Positions 1-8,490 of a DNA stretch of 50,849 nt are shown here, one piece after another. Below the pieces are notes generated by a model that had not been told where the DNA came from, did no database searches, and worked only from the letters and a program-made list of their open reading frames with translations. Position 1 is the first letter of the stretch. Each line of letters begins with the position of its first letter. Location: assembly GCA_964634315.1 (NCBI GenBank), contig CAZWIR010000001.1, forward strand, positions 17,317 to 68,165. The letters are read 5' to 3'. The DNA is from an uncultured Planctomycetia bacterium. Lineage in GTDB: Bacteria > Omnitrophota > Gorgyraeia > Duberdicusellales > 4484-171. The translations under genes were made by a program, and so were the position numbers.

Positions 1-2
1 TT

Positions 3-236
3 AAGGACTTATATAACGAACAGAAGGAAGGTCTTCTATCTGGAGCAGTCAAAATAGGTGTTATTTTACAACTGGAGGGGCTCAAAGATTTGGTTAAAGC
101 AATTGGTAGGGTGGTTTGGATGGGAGATAACGTTGAGAATGAGAGGATAAAAGTAATTGGTTTAGAATTTTCCGACATAACTACTGTTGTTCAAGATGCT
201 TTAAGGAACCATATAATTAATCATTACGTAAAGTAA
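3..236 (+). CDS. 3' end of a CDS starting upstream of the window; product not assignable (by position possibly a pilus/T2SS assembly protein)
   Basis: The frame is open from the window edge to TAA 234-236 (77 codons, ...GLEFSDITTVVQDALRNHIINHYVK*). It is absent from the ORF track because it has no start in the window. No diagnostic motif. Confidence 0.4.
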   Translation, partial: KDLYNEQKEGLLSGAVKIGVILQLEGLKDLVKAIGRVVWMGDNVENERIKVIGLEFSDITTVVQDALRNHIINHYVK

Positions 237-321
237 ATGAAGAGATTACAGAGATTAATGAAAAGATTACCCTACTACGCTAAAGCTTAGTAGGACAGGG
301 ACAGGTAAAAAATTCTTTTAT

Positions 322-846
322 ATGAATAAGAAGATAAGAAATTGGGGTTTAATAGTCGGAGGTGTTGGTTTTTTTGTTGTTTTTATCTTTTTTGTGTTAG
401 GACCTTTGGTTGGAAGGATTAGATTGATACAAAAAAGCATAAAAATTGCTGAGCTTGAGGTTCAAGAAGGCTTAAGAGTACAAATCCAGAAGAAGGAAAT
501 TATTGAAGAGTATAAAAAGTACGAATTCTACTTAAAAAATGCTGGAATTTCTATACGCGAGAGAACTGGAAATTTTCTTAAAGAGCTTGAACGTACAAGT
601 CAGGAAGCAAATTTATCAGTAATTAGCCTTACTCCATCTGAGATAGTAGAAGATAACCAAAAAATTGCTTATAGCGCTGACTTTAAGGCTGAAGGAGATA
701 TGGAGGAAGTTTTGTTTTTTTTCAATAAGATTCAAGAGAGTAAACTAATTATTAAGGTTGATAAATTTTCCCTTTCCCCTAAGGATAAGACTGCTACCGA
801 TTTAAAACTAGACGCAAAGATAAGTATGTCTTTGCCTCGAAACTAA
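322..846 (+). CDS. PilO/GspM-like bitopic pilus/T2SS assembly protein
   Basis: 174 aa with one N-terminal TM helix (WGLIVGGVGFFVVFIFFVLGPLV), a coiled-coil stretch and a small alpha/beta C-terminal domain. It lies directly upstream of four pseudopilin genes. Confidence 0.5.
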   Translation: MNKKIRNWGLIVGGVGFFVVFIFFVLGPLVGRIRLIQKSIKIAELEVQEGLRVQIQKKEIIEEYKKYEFYLKNAGISIRERTGNFLKELERTSQEANLSVISLTPSEIVEDNQKIAYSADFKAEGDMEEVLFFFNKIQESKLIIKVDKFSLSPKDKTATDLKLDAKISMSLPRN

Positions 847-847
847 G

Positions 848-1267
848 ATGAAATTGTTCAATAAAAAATCTTTTACTTTAATTGAGCTTATGTTGACAGT
901 GACAATACTCTCAGTAGGTGTTACCATGATACTAAAATCTTTTTTTACAGTCACCACTGCTCTAAACCGTATTGGCAACAAGATGATTGCTTTAAGATTT
1001 ATCGATGCCCAGATGGCTCACTTTCACGAAAAAGCCTTGAATAAGGAGAATATTTTAGAGGGCGAGGCAGAAGGGGCAGTAGAATTTAGAAAAATCGGTT
1101 TCCAATCAAGAGCTTATCTTTCTCCGGTCTTTTACGAAAGAATAGAGGAAGAAGAGGAAGGGGTAGAGGTTAAGGATTTAAAGGAAATTAGCCTTATCAT
1201 TTCCTGGAAAGAGGCTAACCGAGACAGGCAGGAGACTTTATCTACCTATTTGGAGGTTAAAGAGTAG
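848..1267 (+). CDS. Minor pseudopilin with prepilin-type N-terminus (GspI-like size)
   Basis: The N-terminus MKLFNKKS|FTLIELMLTVTILSVG is a class III signal peptide with Glu+5 and a hydrophobic helix. Position -1 is Ser rather than Gly. The start is 1 nt after the preceding stop. Confidence 0.75.
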   Translation: MKLFNKKSFTLIELMLTVTILSVGVTMILKSFFTVTTALNRIGNKMIALRFIDAQMAHFHEKALNKENILEGEAEGAVEFRKIGFQSRAYLSPVFYERIEEEEEGVEVKDLKEISLIISWKEANRDRQETLSTYLEVKE

Positions 1268-1269
1268 AG

Positions 1270-1827
1270 ATGAGATTGAGATCTTTTACTTTAATCGAAA
1301 CAGTCTGTGCCACTGTTATAGTGTCTATTATTGCTCTCTGCTTAGGAGGAGTCTTTACTTCAGGAATTAGTCTTTGGCAGAAAGCTCAAAAATTAGGTCT
1401 TTGTTCAGCAGAAATTATTTTGGATTTAGAAGGAATTTCACGAAATTTTCGACAAAGCATAGATATACCTGATGTTCCTTTTTCAGGTGACTCTAAGTCA
1501 ATAGAGTTTCCTACGGTAATTAATAATTCTATATTTAAGGTAGCCTATTCGTTTGATTCTTTTAAGAAAGCACTATTAATAAGAAAGATTGACTATGAAG
1601 ATGTATTGGCTGATCGTCTTAAAAAATTTCCTCAAAGTAGTGTTTTTAGTGCTGATAGGGTACAGTTTGAGTATTTAGTATTAGATAAGGAGGATGATTC
1701 TTGTACTTGGGAAAACAAGATAGACGAAGATGAAGGAATACCGGCGATTATAAAAATGTCTATTGAGATTGATGATGAGAATATCGAAAAATTTATCTTT
1801 ATTCCGCTACAGCGGGCCTCAAAATAA
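1270..1827 (+). CDS. Minor pseudopilin with prepilin-type N-terminus (GspJ-like size)
   Basis: MRLRS|FTLIETVCATVIVSIIA is a prepilin-type N-terminus with Glu+5, again with Ser at -1. 185 aa. Confidence 0.7.
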   Translation: MRLRSFTLIETVCATVIVSIIALCLGGVFTSGISLWQKAQKLGLCSAEIILDLEGISRNFRQSIDIPDVPFSGDSKSIEFPTVINNSIFKVAYSFDSFKKALLIRKIDYEDVLADRLKKFPQSSVFSADRVQFEYLVLDKEDDSCTWENKIDEDEGIPAIIKMSIEIDDENIEKFIFIPLQRASK

Positions 1828-2635
1828 GGGAAGTCTTCTAATAATTACCCTTTGGATGCTGATAATTTTCTCTATCTTTGCAGTAGGGTTGTATAGAATA
1901 GTTTCATCTCAGGTAAACTTAGCTCGGCGCTTGGAAGGTTTAACTTTGTCCTCTCATGTTGTGGGAGGTTTTTGCAAGTTTATCCAAGGGGAGTTAGAAA
2001 GAGATGGTGATTCATCTGATAGTTTGTATGAGCTAGGTTCACCAAAGGAGGTAGATTTTGGTTTCGTGCACTTAGAGTATAGTTTAATAGATGAAGAGAG
2101 CAAGATAAATATAAATAAGATGCCAACTAAGTTTATTAAAGAACTACCTGGTTTAGATGAGGATACAGCTGTAAACATTAGGCAGTCTGTGCTTAGGCCT
2201 TTTCATCTTAAAGAGGAGTTGCTTTTAGTTGAGGGCGTTGATCAGGAGTCTTATATCGAGTTTTCTCCTTTTATAACAGTCCAGAGCAAGGGGAGGATTA
2301 ATATAAATACTGTTTCAGAGGAAATTCTAACTAGTTTAGGGTTTGATGATGATTTAGTTAGGATTATTCTTAGCTTTCGTAAGGGTGAAGATGATCTAGC
2401 CGGAACAGAGGATGATGGAGTATTTAAATCTCAAAGTGCAATTGTCGACACTCTTGATAATTTTTACGGATTATCTGATGCTCAGGAGCAACAGCTGGCA
2501 ATTGTTTTAGGTTGGCTTGACGTAAAAGGGGAAACTTTTTCTTTGAGGGTAGAGACAGAAGTTTTGGGCAAAAAGGCCTTTGAATATGATATAATAATAA
2601 ATACCGAGAAAATAGTAAGATGGAAGGAGGGTTGA
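1763..2635 (+). CDS. gspK: GspK-like minor pseudopilin (T2SS protein K family)
   Basis: It has a KGSLLIITLWMLIIFSIFAVGLY hydrophobic N-terminus without Glu+5. Two helix-hairpin-helix-like segments (SKININKMPTKFIKELPGLDEDTAVNI and GRININTVSEEILTSLGFDDDLVRII) are typical of GspK. The start is uncertain (ATG 1763/1772/1775) and overlaps the previous CDS. Confidence 0.7.
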   Translation: MRLMMRISKNLSLFRYSGPQNKGSLLIITLWMLIIFSIFAVGLYRIVSSQVNLARRLEGLTLSSHVVGGFCKFIQGELERDGDSSDSLYELGSPKEVDFGFVHLEYSLIDEESKININKMPTKFIKELPGLDEDTAVNIRQSVLRPFHLKEELLLVEGVDQESYIEFSPFITVQSKGRININTVSEEILTSLGFDDDLVRIILSFRKGEDDLAGTEDDGVFKSQSAIVDTLDNFYGLSDAQEQQLAIVLGWLDVKGETFSLRVETEVLGKKAFEYDIIINTEKIVRWKEG

Positions 2636-2639
2636 TAAA

Positions 2640-3107
2640 ATGAAAATAATTACACAGATTAGAAAAAAATTACCCAGATTTTATCAAGTACACCCCCGGG
2701 GTGTACTTAAGGTGGGTTTTACTCTTGTAGAGTTGCTATTAGTAGTTATCATAATTGGAGTATTAGCTGCTATGGTAGTTCCTCGTTTAACCGGCCGTTC
2801 CGAGGAGGCCAGAAAAAGTAGGGCCCAGGTAGACATAGATGTTAATATCGCTACTGGCTTGAAGATGTATGAGTTTGAGAATGGTGTTTTTCCTACTACT
2901 GATGAAGGTTTGGATGCTCTTTTTGCTGCACCACCTTCAGCAAGGAATTGGAAAGGTCCTTACTTGGACAGGAAACCTATAGATTCTTGGGGCAATCTTT
3001 ATCAGTATAGATCTCCGGGCACCCATAAAACAGATTATGATTTATTCAGCTTAGGACGAGATGAAGTTGAGAGTGATGATGATGTAGCTAATTGGGAAAA
3101 GGAATAA
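2640..3107 (+). CDS. gspG: Major pseudopilin GspG (T2SS protein G family)
   Basis: G|FTLVELLLVVIIIGVLAAMVVPRL...ARKSRAQVDI...WKGPYL...DSWGNLYQYRSPG...DYDLFSLGRD is close to the GspG consensus. The predicted leader is unusually long (26 aa). Confidence 0.85.
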   Translation: MKIITQIRKKLPRFYQVHPRGVLKVGFTLVELLLVVIIIGVLAAMVVPRLTGRSEEARKSRAQVDIDVNIATGLKMYEFENGVFPTTDEGLDALFAAPPSARNWKGPYLDRKPIDSWGNLYQYRSPGTHKTDYDLFSLGRDEVESDDDVANWEKE

Positions 3108-3134
3108 AGTCTTAACTAGCCTTATTTAATTGTT

Positions 3135-3617
3135 ATGAAAAAATTATTAGTTGTTTTTCTTATTGCAATGCTTAGTGTGACTTCTGGTTGTCACAGTCTT
3201 CGCAAGAAGTTTACAAGAAAGAAGAAGAATACAAAAGAACTTCCGGTTTACGTAGATTTCAAAGACTATCCCACTAAGCCTTTACGAGAAGATTATATTA
3301 ATTATTATCTTTTTGTACGGGGTTGGCTTGATGATTTAGTTGAAGCTTTAAAGAAAGGGATTAGTTATAAAAGACAGCGAAGAGCGATTAATGAAGCAAT
3401 AATGAATTTAGAACAAATAATTACTTTTTATAATACTGAAGGTAAAGATGCGGTTTATTCCATCTATGAAGAGTTGCAAGGCTTTAAAGAGGAAATGGTT
3501 AAGAGTCCTAATATGAGTGAGACCAAGAGAAGCTTTCTTATTCGTAAACTCCAGCGGCTTAAGAGGCAATTTGAGAGAGACTTCAATTATACTGATGCCG
3601 AAAAATGGATGGGCTAA
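3135..3617 (+). CDS. Lipoprotein of unknown function
   Basis: Signal peptide with lipobox MKKLLVVFLIAMLSVTSG|C. The mature part is basic and helical. No recognisable family. Confidence 0.6.
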   Translation: MKKLLVVFLIAMLSVTSGCHSLRKKFTRKKKNTKELPVYVDFKDYPTKPLREDYINYYLFVRGWLDDLVEALKKGISYKRQRRAINEAIMNLEQIITFYNTEGKDAVYSIYEELQGFKEEMVKSPNMSETKRSFLIRKLQRLKRQFERDFNYTDAEKWMG

Positions 3618-4222
3618 GCATAAAGACCTTCTGCCTAGGAGATCTTTTTAATAATTGTTATCTTATTTTCGATAATAAATCAAAGAAAGCTTTTATAATT
3701 GATAGTCCGGTACCAATTGAGGAAGTTACTAACTTTATCCAAAGCCAAGAATTAAATATTGAATTTGTTGCTTTAACTCATGCTCATTTTGATCATATTG
3801 GAGGGTTAGACAGTTTGCCTTTTCCTTTTTATGTGCATCAGGATGATTTAGGATTGCTAAAAAATCCGCAAGCCAATGGTTCAGATTTTTTTGGTTCTTC
3901 ATTTGTAGTTAAAAAAGAGCCAAGGTTATATAAAGAAAATGAGCCTTTATATTTCGATAAGCATTCTATAGAAGTAATCCATACACCGGGGCATACTCCG
4001 GGGTCAGTATCTTTGAAGTTAAACAATTGGCTTTTTAGTGGAGATACACTTTTCCTCGATTCAGTAGGAAGGACTGACATTCCTTTGGCATCTCAGGACA
4101 GAATAATGGAGTCAATAAGGGATAAATTATTAGTCTTGCCTCCGGATACAATTGTTTACCCCGGACATGGCAGAGTTACTACTATAGCTAGAGAGGCTAA
4201 ATTAAATCCTTTTTTGATCTAA
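3605..4222 (+). CDS. MBL-fold metallo-hydrolase (glyoxalase II-like)
   Basis: HxHxDH motif (THAHFDHIGG), a later HTPGHTPGS and a GDTLF...GRTD segment. 205 aa. Confidence 0.8.
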   Translation: MDGLSIKTFCLGDLFNNCYLIFDNKSKKAFIIDSPVPIEEVTNFIQSQELNIEFVALTHAHFDHIGGLDSLPFPFYVHQDDLGLLKNPQANGSDFFGSSFVVKKEPRLYKENEPLYFDKHSIEVIHTPGHTPGSVSLKLNNWLFSGDTLFLDSVGRTDIPLASQDRIMESIRDKLLVLPPDTIVYPGHGRVTTIAREAKLNPFLI

Positions 4223-4226
4223 TCAA

Positions 4227-5114
4227 ATGGAAGTTTATTTAGAGACATTTATTGATTATCTTAGGGTCGAAAAGGGCTTAGCCTTTAATTCTATTTCTGC
4301 TTATAGTAGGGATTTAAAAAAATATACAAAACATTTAAAGAGAGAGGGTTTATCTGACCCCAAAGATGTTACTCGCAAGGATATTACAGATTTTTTATTT
4401 CATTTGCGCAAAAAAATAGCTCCGATAAGTATTGCTAGGATTCTGTCAGCGATTAAGAGTTTTCATAAGTTTTTATTAAGAGAAAAGATATCTGGGCAAG
4501 ACCCTTCGGATCTTATCGAAGCCCCGAAGTTAGAGAAAAAGATTCCGAATTTTTTAACTCTTGATGAGGTAACCGAGATTTTAAAAGCACCGAATTTAAA
4601 AAAGACTCAAGGGATAAGAGAAAGAGCTATTCTAGAAATGATGTATGCAACTGGCCTGCGAGTTTCAGAGCTGGTTAAACTTAAAATTGCCGACGTAAAC
4701 CTAGATGTAGGGTTTGTTAAATGTAAGGGTAAGGGTTCTAAGGAGAGGATAGTTCCTTTAGGAGGAGTTGCTAGCCGGTTTTTGGAAAAGTATTTTCGTG
4801 AGGCCAGAGATAAACTTTTAAGCAAGAAAATAACTTCCTATATTTTTCTTGCTCAGGGTGGCCGAGCTATAAGTCGTCAAAGCGTATGGAAGATGATGAA
4901 GGTAATGGTAAAGAAGTGCCGGATTAAGAAGAAAGTTAGCCCGCATACCTTAAGACATTCTTTTGCTACCCATCTTCTTGAACATGGGGCCGATTTGCGA
5001 AGTGTCCAAGAGATGCTTGGCCATTCCAGTATAACTACTACTCAGATTTATACTCATGTTAACCAGAGAAGATTGAAAAAAATTCATAGTCAATTTCATC
5101 CTCGAGCTAAATAA
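4227..5114 (+). CDS. xerD: Tyrosine site-specific recombinase XerD/XerC
   Basis: N-terminal SAM-like domain (FIDYLRVEKGLAFNSISAYSRDLKKY). The catalytic C-terminus has ATGLRVSEL, HTLRHSFATHLLEHGADLRSVQEMLGHSSITTTQIYTHV (R..HxxR..Y). 295 aa. Confidence 0.85.
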   Translation: MEVYLETFIDYLRVEKGLAFNSISAYSRDLKKYTKHLKREGLSDPKDVTRKDITDFLFHLRKKIAPISIARILSAIKSFHKFLLREKISGQDPSDLIEAPKLEKKIPNFLTLDEVTEILKAPNLKKTQGIRERAILEMMYATGLRVSELVKLKIADVNLDVGFVKCKGKGSKERIVPLGGVASRFLEKYFREARDKLLSKKITSYIFLAQGGRAISRQSVWKMMKVMVKKCRIKKKVSPHTLRHSFATHLLEHGADLRSVQEMLGHSSITTTQIYTHVNQRRLKKIHSQFHPRAK

Positions 5115-5128
5115 ACATAAGGGAAGTT

Positions 5129-6403
5129 ATGATAAATAGGTTAAAGAAATTATCACCACAATTTAAGAGAATTCTTAAAGCTTCTTCTGTTTTAGCTAAA
5201 TCTTCAGGGTTTGGTATATATCTCGTCGGTGGCGTTGTTAGGGATTTAATTCTAAAGCGAAAAGTTTTTGATTTAGACATTGTTGTCGAGGGCAGCGCTA
5301 TTATTTTCGCCAAAAAATTATCCGGTAGCTTGAGGTCTGAGTTTCGCAAACATCATAGTTTTGGTACAGCAGCTATAAACTTCGAAGGCCATAAGATCGA
5401 TTTCGCTACGGCTAGAACTGAAACATATTCTCGCCAAGGCGCTCTACCGAAAGTTTCGCCAGCTTCTTTAGCAAAGGATTTTTTGCGTCGAGATTTTACC
5501 ATAAATGCTATGGCGGTAAGTTTAAATAAAACTGACTATGGAAGGTTGATTGATCTATGTAATGGATTAGAGGATTTAAACAAAGGTCTAATTAGAGTTT
5601 TGCATCCTAAGAGCTTTCAGGATGATCCTACCAGGATATTAAGAGCTATAAGGTTTGAGCAAAGATTTTCTTTTAAGATTGAACCGAGAACTCTTAAGCT
5701 AATCAAGGAGGCCATAGAAAGCCAATCTTTAGAACTTGTTGGGCCTCATAGGCTTAGAGATGAGATAATTCTTATTCTAAAGGAACCGAAGCCTTCTGGC
5801 TATATTAAAAGAATTAAGGAATTGGCAGGGTTTTCTTTTATCGACAAGGGGATAAAGATAGATAAGAAGAGTTTTAGTTTGTTTACAAGGATTGAAAAAG
5901 CTTCAACCTATTATCAGAAGAGATTTAAAAAACATCGCAAGCCAGAAACTTGGCTCTTATATTTGGCAGCTCTTTTAATTAAGCTTTCGCCTTTGCAATT
6001 GAAGAAGTTTTTTCATGATTTTGGATTTCGAAAAGGAGAGAGAGATATAGTTAACTCTATAGCAAAGAGTATAAACAAAATAAAGAGACTTGGAGAGTAC
6101 TCCAAGGCTAGTGATATCTATCGAACTCTCCAACCTTATAGTTTTGAAAGTATTCTTTTCTTTTATGCTTACTACCAGAAGAAGAGTTTAAGAAAAAATA
6201 TAGAGCACTTTTTGGATAAATTAGTAGATATCCGTTTAAAGATCAAGGGCAGAGATTTAAAGGCGATGAATTTAAAGCCTGATATTTTGTACAATAAGAT
6301 TCTTAAAAAAACTCTCTATTCCAAGATTGATAAAGGTTTAAAATCTAAGCGGCAAGAGGCTGAAGAAGTAAAGCGTATCTTTAGGCGTCAAAGGAGAACT
6401 TAG
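5129..6403 (+). CDS. cca: tRNA nucleotidyltransferase / poly(A) polymerase family (CCA-adding enzyme)
   Basis: Head-domain motifs GGVVRDLILKRKVFDLDIVVEG and RRDFTINAM, plus DPTRILRAIRF. 424 aa. Confidence 0.8.
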   Translation: MINRLKKLSPQFKRILKASSVLAKSSGFGIYLVGGVVRDLILKRKVFDLDIVVEGSAIIFAKKLSGSLRSEFRKHHSFGTAAINFEGHKIDFATARTETYSRQGALPKVSPASLAKDFLRRDFTINAMAVSLNKTDYGRLIDLCNGLEDLNKGLIRVLHPKSFQDDPTRILRAIRFEQRFSFKIEPRTLKLIKEAIESQSLELVGPHRLRDEIILILKEPKPSGYIKRIKELAGFSFIDKGIKIDKKSFSLFTRIEKASTYYQKRFKKHRKPETWLLYLAALLIKLSPLQLKKFFHDFGFRKGERDIVNSIAKSINKIKRLGEYSKASDIYRTLQPYSFESILFFYAYYQKKSLRKNIEHFLDKLVDIRLKIKGRDLKAMNLKPDILYNKILKKTLYSKIDKGLKSKRQEAEEVKRIFRRQRRT

Positions 6404-6411
6404 GAAAAGAG

Positions 6412-6440
6412 TTGAGAATTATGAAGATTTAAGCTATAAT
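6412..6440 (+). promoter_or_regulatory. Sigma70-type promoter candidate for rbfA-nrnA-truB-ribF
   Basis: TTGAGA (6412-6417), a 17-nt spacer, then a perfect TATAAT (6435-6440). It sits in the 86-nt gap between cca and rbfA. Confidence 0.5.
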
Positions 6441-6489
6441 TTTCCTTCTTTATAAGATGGGTAGATAAGAGAAACTGTGAGGTTTAGAA

Positions 6490-6867
6490 ATGTCTTTACG
6501 AATGGAAAAAGTTAATCGTCAGATACAAAAGCTGGTTATGGCAATAATCCAGAAAGAAGTTGATGATCCCGACATGGATTTTCTATCGATAACTCGTGTA
6601 GAAACAACCAAGGACTTGCAAGAAAGCAGAGTTTACTATAGTTTGCTTAATGAGGAAAATTTAGGTAAAGCTAAAAAGATATTCAACCGGATGGGAGGGT
6701 TTATTAGGAGCAGTTTGGCTAGGAAGATAAGGTTAAAAGTTTTACCTCAGTTGCACTTTATGCCTGATGATTCAATGAAGTATAGCGTGGATATTTATAA
6801 AAGAATAGAGGAGATTAAAAAATCCGAGGAGAAAAATGAGGAAGAGATTACTAAAAAAGATAGTTGA
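6490..6867 (+). CDS. rbfA: Ribosome-binding factor A
   Basis: RVNRQIQKLVMAIIQKEVDDP...ITRVETTKDLQESRVYYS matches the RbfA KH-like core. It has an acidic C-terminal tail. Confidence 0.85.
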   Translation: MSLRMEKVNRQIQKLVMAIIQKEVDDPDMDFLSITRVETTKDLQESRVYYSLLNEENLGKAKKIFNRMGGFIRSSLARKIRLKVLPQLHFMPDDSMKYSVDIYKRIEEIKKSEEKNEEEITKKDS

Positions 6868-7825
6868 GAAGATAAAAGAAAGTAAGAGTTTTTTAATTAC
6901 TGCTCATATGAACTTAGAGGGTGATGCTCTTGGTTCAGAATTAGCTACCTACATTTTACTTAAAAAGCTTAAAAAACGAGTAGTTATTTATAACAATGAT
7001 CCGACACCGGGGATATATAAATTTCTTCCCTTTAACCGAGTAATAAAAAACTCGATAAAAGAAGATAAGTTTGATGTAGCCATGGTTTTAGATTGTTCTG
7101 ATGCTTCTAGGTCCGGTGTGGTCAAAGACAGTTTGGGTAAGACTGGTTGTATTATCAACATTGACCACCACATTAGTAATACTAATTTTGGTGATATAAA
7201 CTGGGTTGAGTCATCTTCAAGCTCAGCGGCTCAAATGCTCTATTATCTTTGTGAGAAGTTTAAGGTTATGGATAAGAATATTGCTATGTGTTTATATACC
7301 GGAATTTTTACCGATACTGGTAATTTTACCTATGCTAATACTGATAGCCAAACTCACAAAATAGTTTCTAACCTGATGAAGTATAATCTTCATCCCCATA
7401 AAACCTACGAGATTATACATAGTTTATGTAACCCATCTGATTTACATTTTATCGGTGAAATTATATCTTTTTTAAAGTTTGATCCTCGAAGAAAAATTTG
7501 CTGGGCAACTATTACTAACTGGCAGGATAAAAATTATGACCTTACGGAGGTTGTTTTTTCGATAATGAGATTATTAAAGGATCCTGAAGTGTTTCTTCTT
7601 TTCAAAAAGGAAGATAAAAAGAAAACCAGAGTTAATTTCCGCTCTCGGGGTAGAGTTGACGTAAATAGAATTGCTAAGTTTTTTGGCGGTGGAGGACATA
7701 AAAATGCAAGTGGTACTACTGTTGAGGAGCCAATAGAAAAGGCTGAGAGAAAAGTAGTTTCTTTTATAAAAAGATATACTAATAGTTTAGGAAGAAAGAA
7801 AGGTAAACCAAGAAGGATAAAGTGA
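6836..7825 (+). CDS. nrnA: DHH/DHHA1 phosphoesterase (NrnA-like nanoRNase/pAp phosphatase)
   Basis: EGDALGS, DCSD, NIDHHISN (DHH) and the GGGGHKNASG DHHA1 motif. The rbfA-DHH-truB arrangement is common. Confidence 0.75.
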   Translation: MRKRLLKKIVEKIKESKSFLITAHMNLEGDALGSELATYILLKKLKKRVVIYNNDPTPGIYKFLPFNRVIKNSIKEDKFDVAMVLDCSDASRSGVVKDSLGKTGCIINIDHHISNTNFGDINWVESSSSSAAQMLYYLCEKFKVMDKNIAMCLYTGIFTDTGNFTYANTDSQTHKIVSNLMKYNLHPHKTYEIIHSLCNPSDLHFIGEIISFLKFDPRRKICWATITNWQDKNYDLTEVVFSIMRLLKDPEVFLLFKKEDKKKTRVNFRSRGRVDVNRIAKFFGGGGHKNASGTTVEEPIEKAERKVVSFIKRYTNSLGRKKGKPRRIK

Positions 7826-8490
7826 CTAAAGAGGGAATTATTCTGGTAGATAAGCCTAGAGGGATTACTTCCCATGATGTAGTTGATGTTGTGCGCAAGA
7901 AGCTTAAAATTAAAAGGGTTGGCCATTCTGGAACTTTAGACCCTTTAGCTGAAGGGTTACTAATTATTCTGGTGGGTAAGTGTACTAAATTGTTTTCTAA
8001 ATTTGCTAATTTTGATAAAGAATACCTAGGAGTATTAAAACTAGGTGAAGTTACCTCTACCGGGGACTCTCAGGGAGAAGTTACTAGCAGAGGAGAATAT
8101 AAGGGCATAAGCCAGGAGCAAATAAAAGAAGCCTTTTCTTTATTCCTTGGTGCCAGTGAACAAATACCCCCGATGGTTAGTGCTTTGCGGGTGAAAGGCA
8201 AAAGACTTTATGATTTAGCTCGTCGGGGTATTGTAGTAGAAAGATCTCCTCGAAAAATTAATATTCTTTCTCTAGAAATATTAAAGATAAATCTTCCTTT
8301 TGTTGAGTTTCGCGTTTACTGCTCTAAAGGAACCTATGTTAGAAAGTTGGCTGAAGATATTGGCGAAAAGCTTGGCTGTGGGGCTCATATGGTGAAGATA
8401 ATGCGTTTAAATATTGGACCTTTTAAAATAGAAAAAGCAGTAGCCTTGGATGAAATTAATGAAAGTCATCTTCAACAGATTACCCTTTAA
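7822..8490 (+). CDS. truB: tRNA pseudouridine-55 synthase
   Basis: GIILVDKPRGITSHDVV and GHSGTLDPLAEGLL (catalytic Asp). GTG start overlapping the nrnA stop (GTGA). Confidence 0.9.
   Translation: MTKEGIILVDKPRGITSHDVVDVVRKKLKIKRVGHSGTLDPLAEGLLIILVGKCTKLFSKFANFDKEYLGVLKLGEVTSTGDSQGEVTSRGEYKGISQEQIKEAFSLFLGASEQIPPMVSALRVKGKRLYDLARRGIVVERSPRKINILSLEILKINLPFVEFRVYCSKGTYVRKLAEDIGEKLGCGAHMVKIMRLNIGPFKIEKAVALDEINESHLQQITL

Noticed and set aside
237-305. Several small elements: a 17-codon mini-ORF (MKRLQRLMKRLPYYAKA*) overlapping the upstream stop, a 7-bp hairpin CCTACTA-N10-TAGTAGG (271-294) and a GGACAG tandem duplication (293-305).
   Set aside because: The hairpin is short and AT-rich and has no U-tract, so it is not a credible terminator. 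The mini-ORF has no SD. The repeat has only two copies. All are compatible with chance in an intergenic spacer.
4227-5114. The tyrosine recombinase considered as a marker of an integrated mobile element.
   Set aside because: It has the sequence and size of chromosomal XerD/XerC. It is flanked by housekeeping genes on the same strand, with no tRNA, direct repeats, phage or transposon genes nearby.
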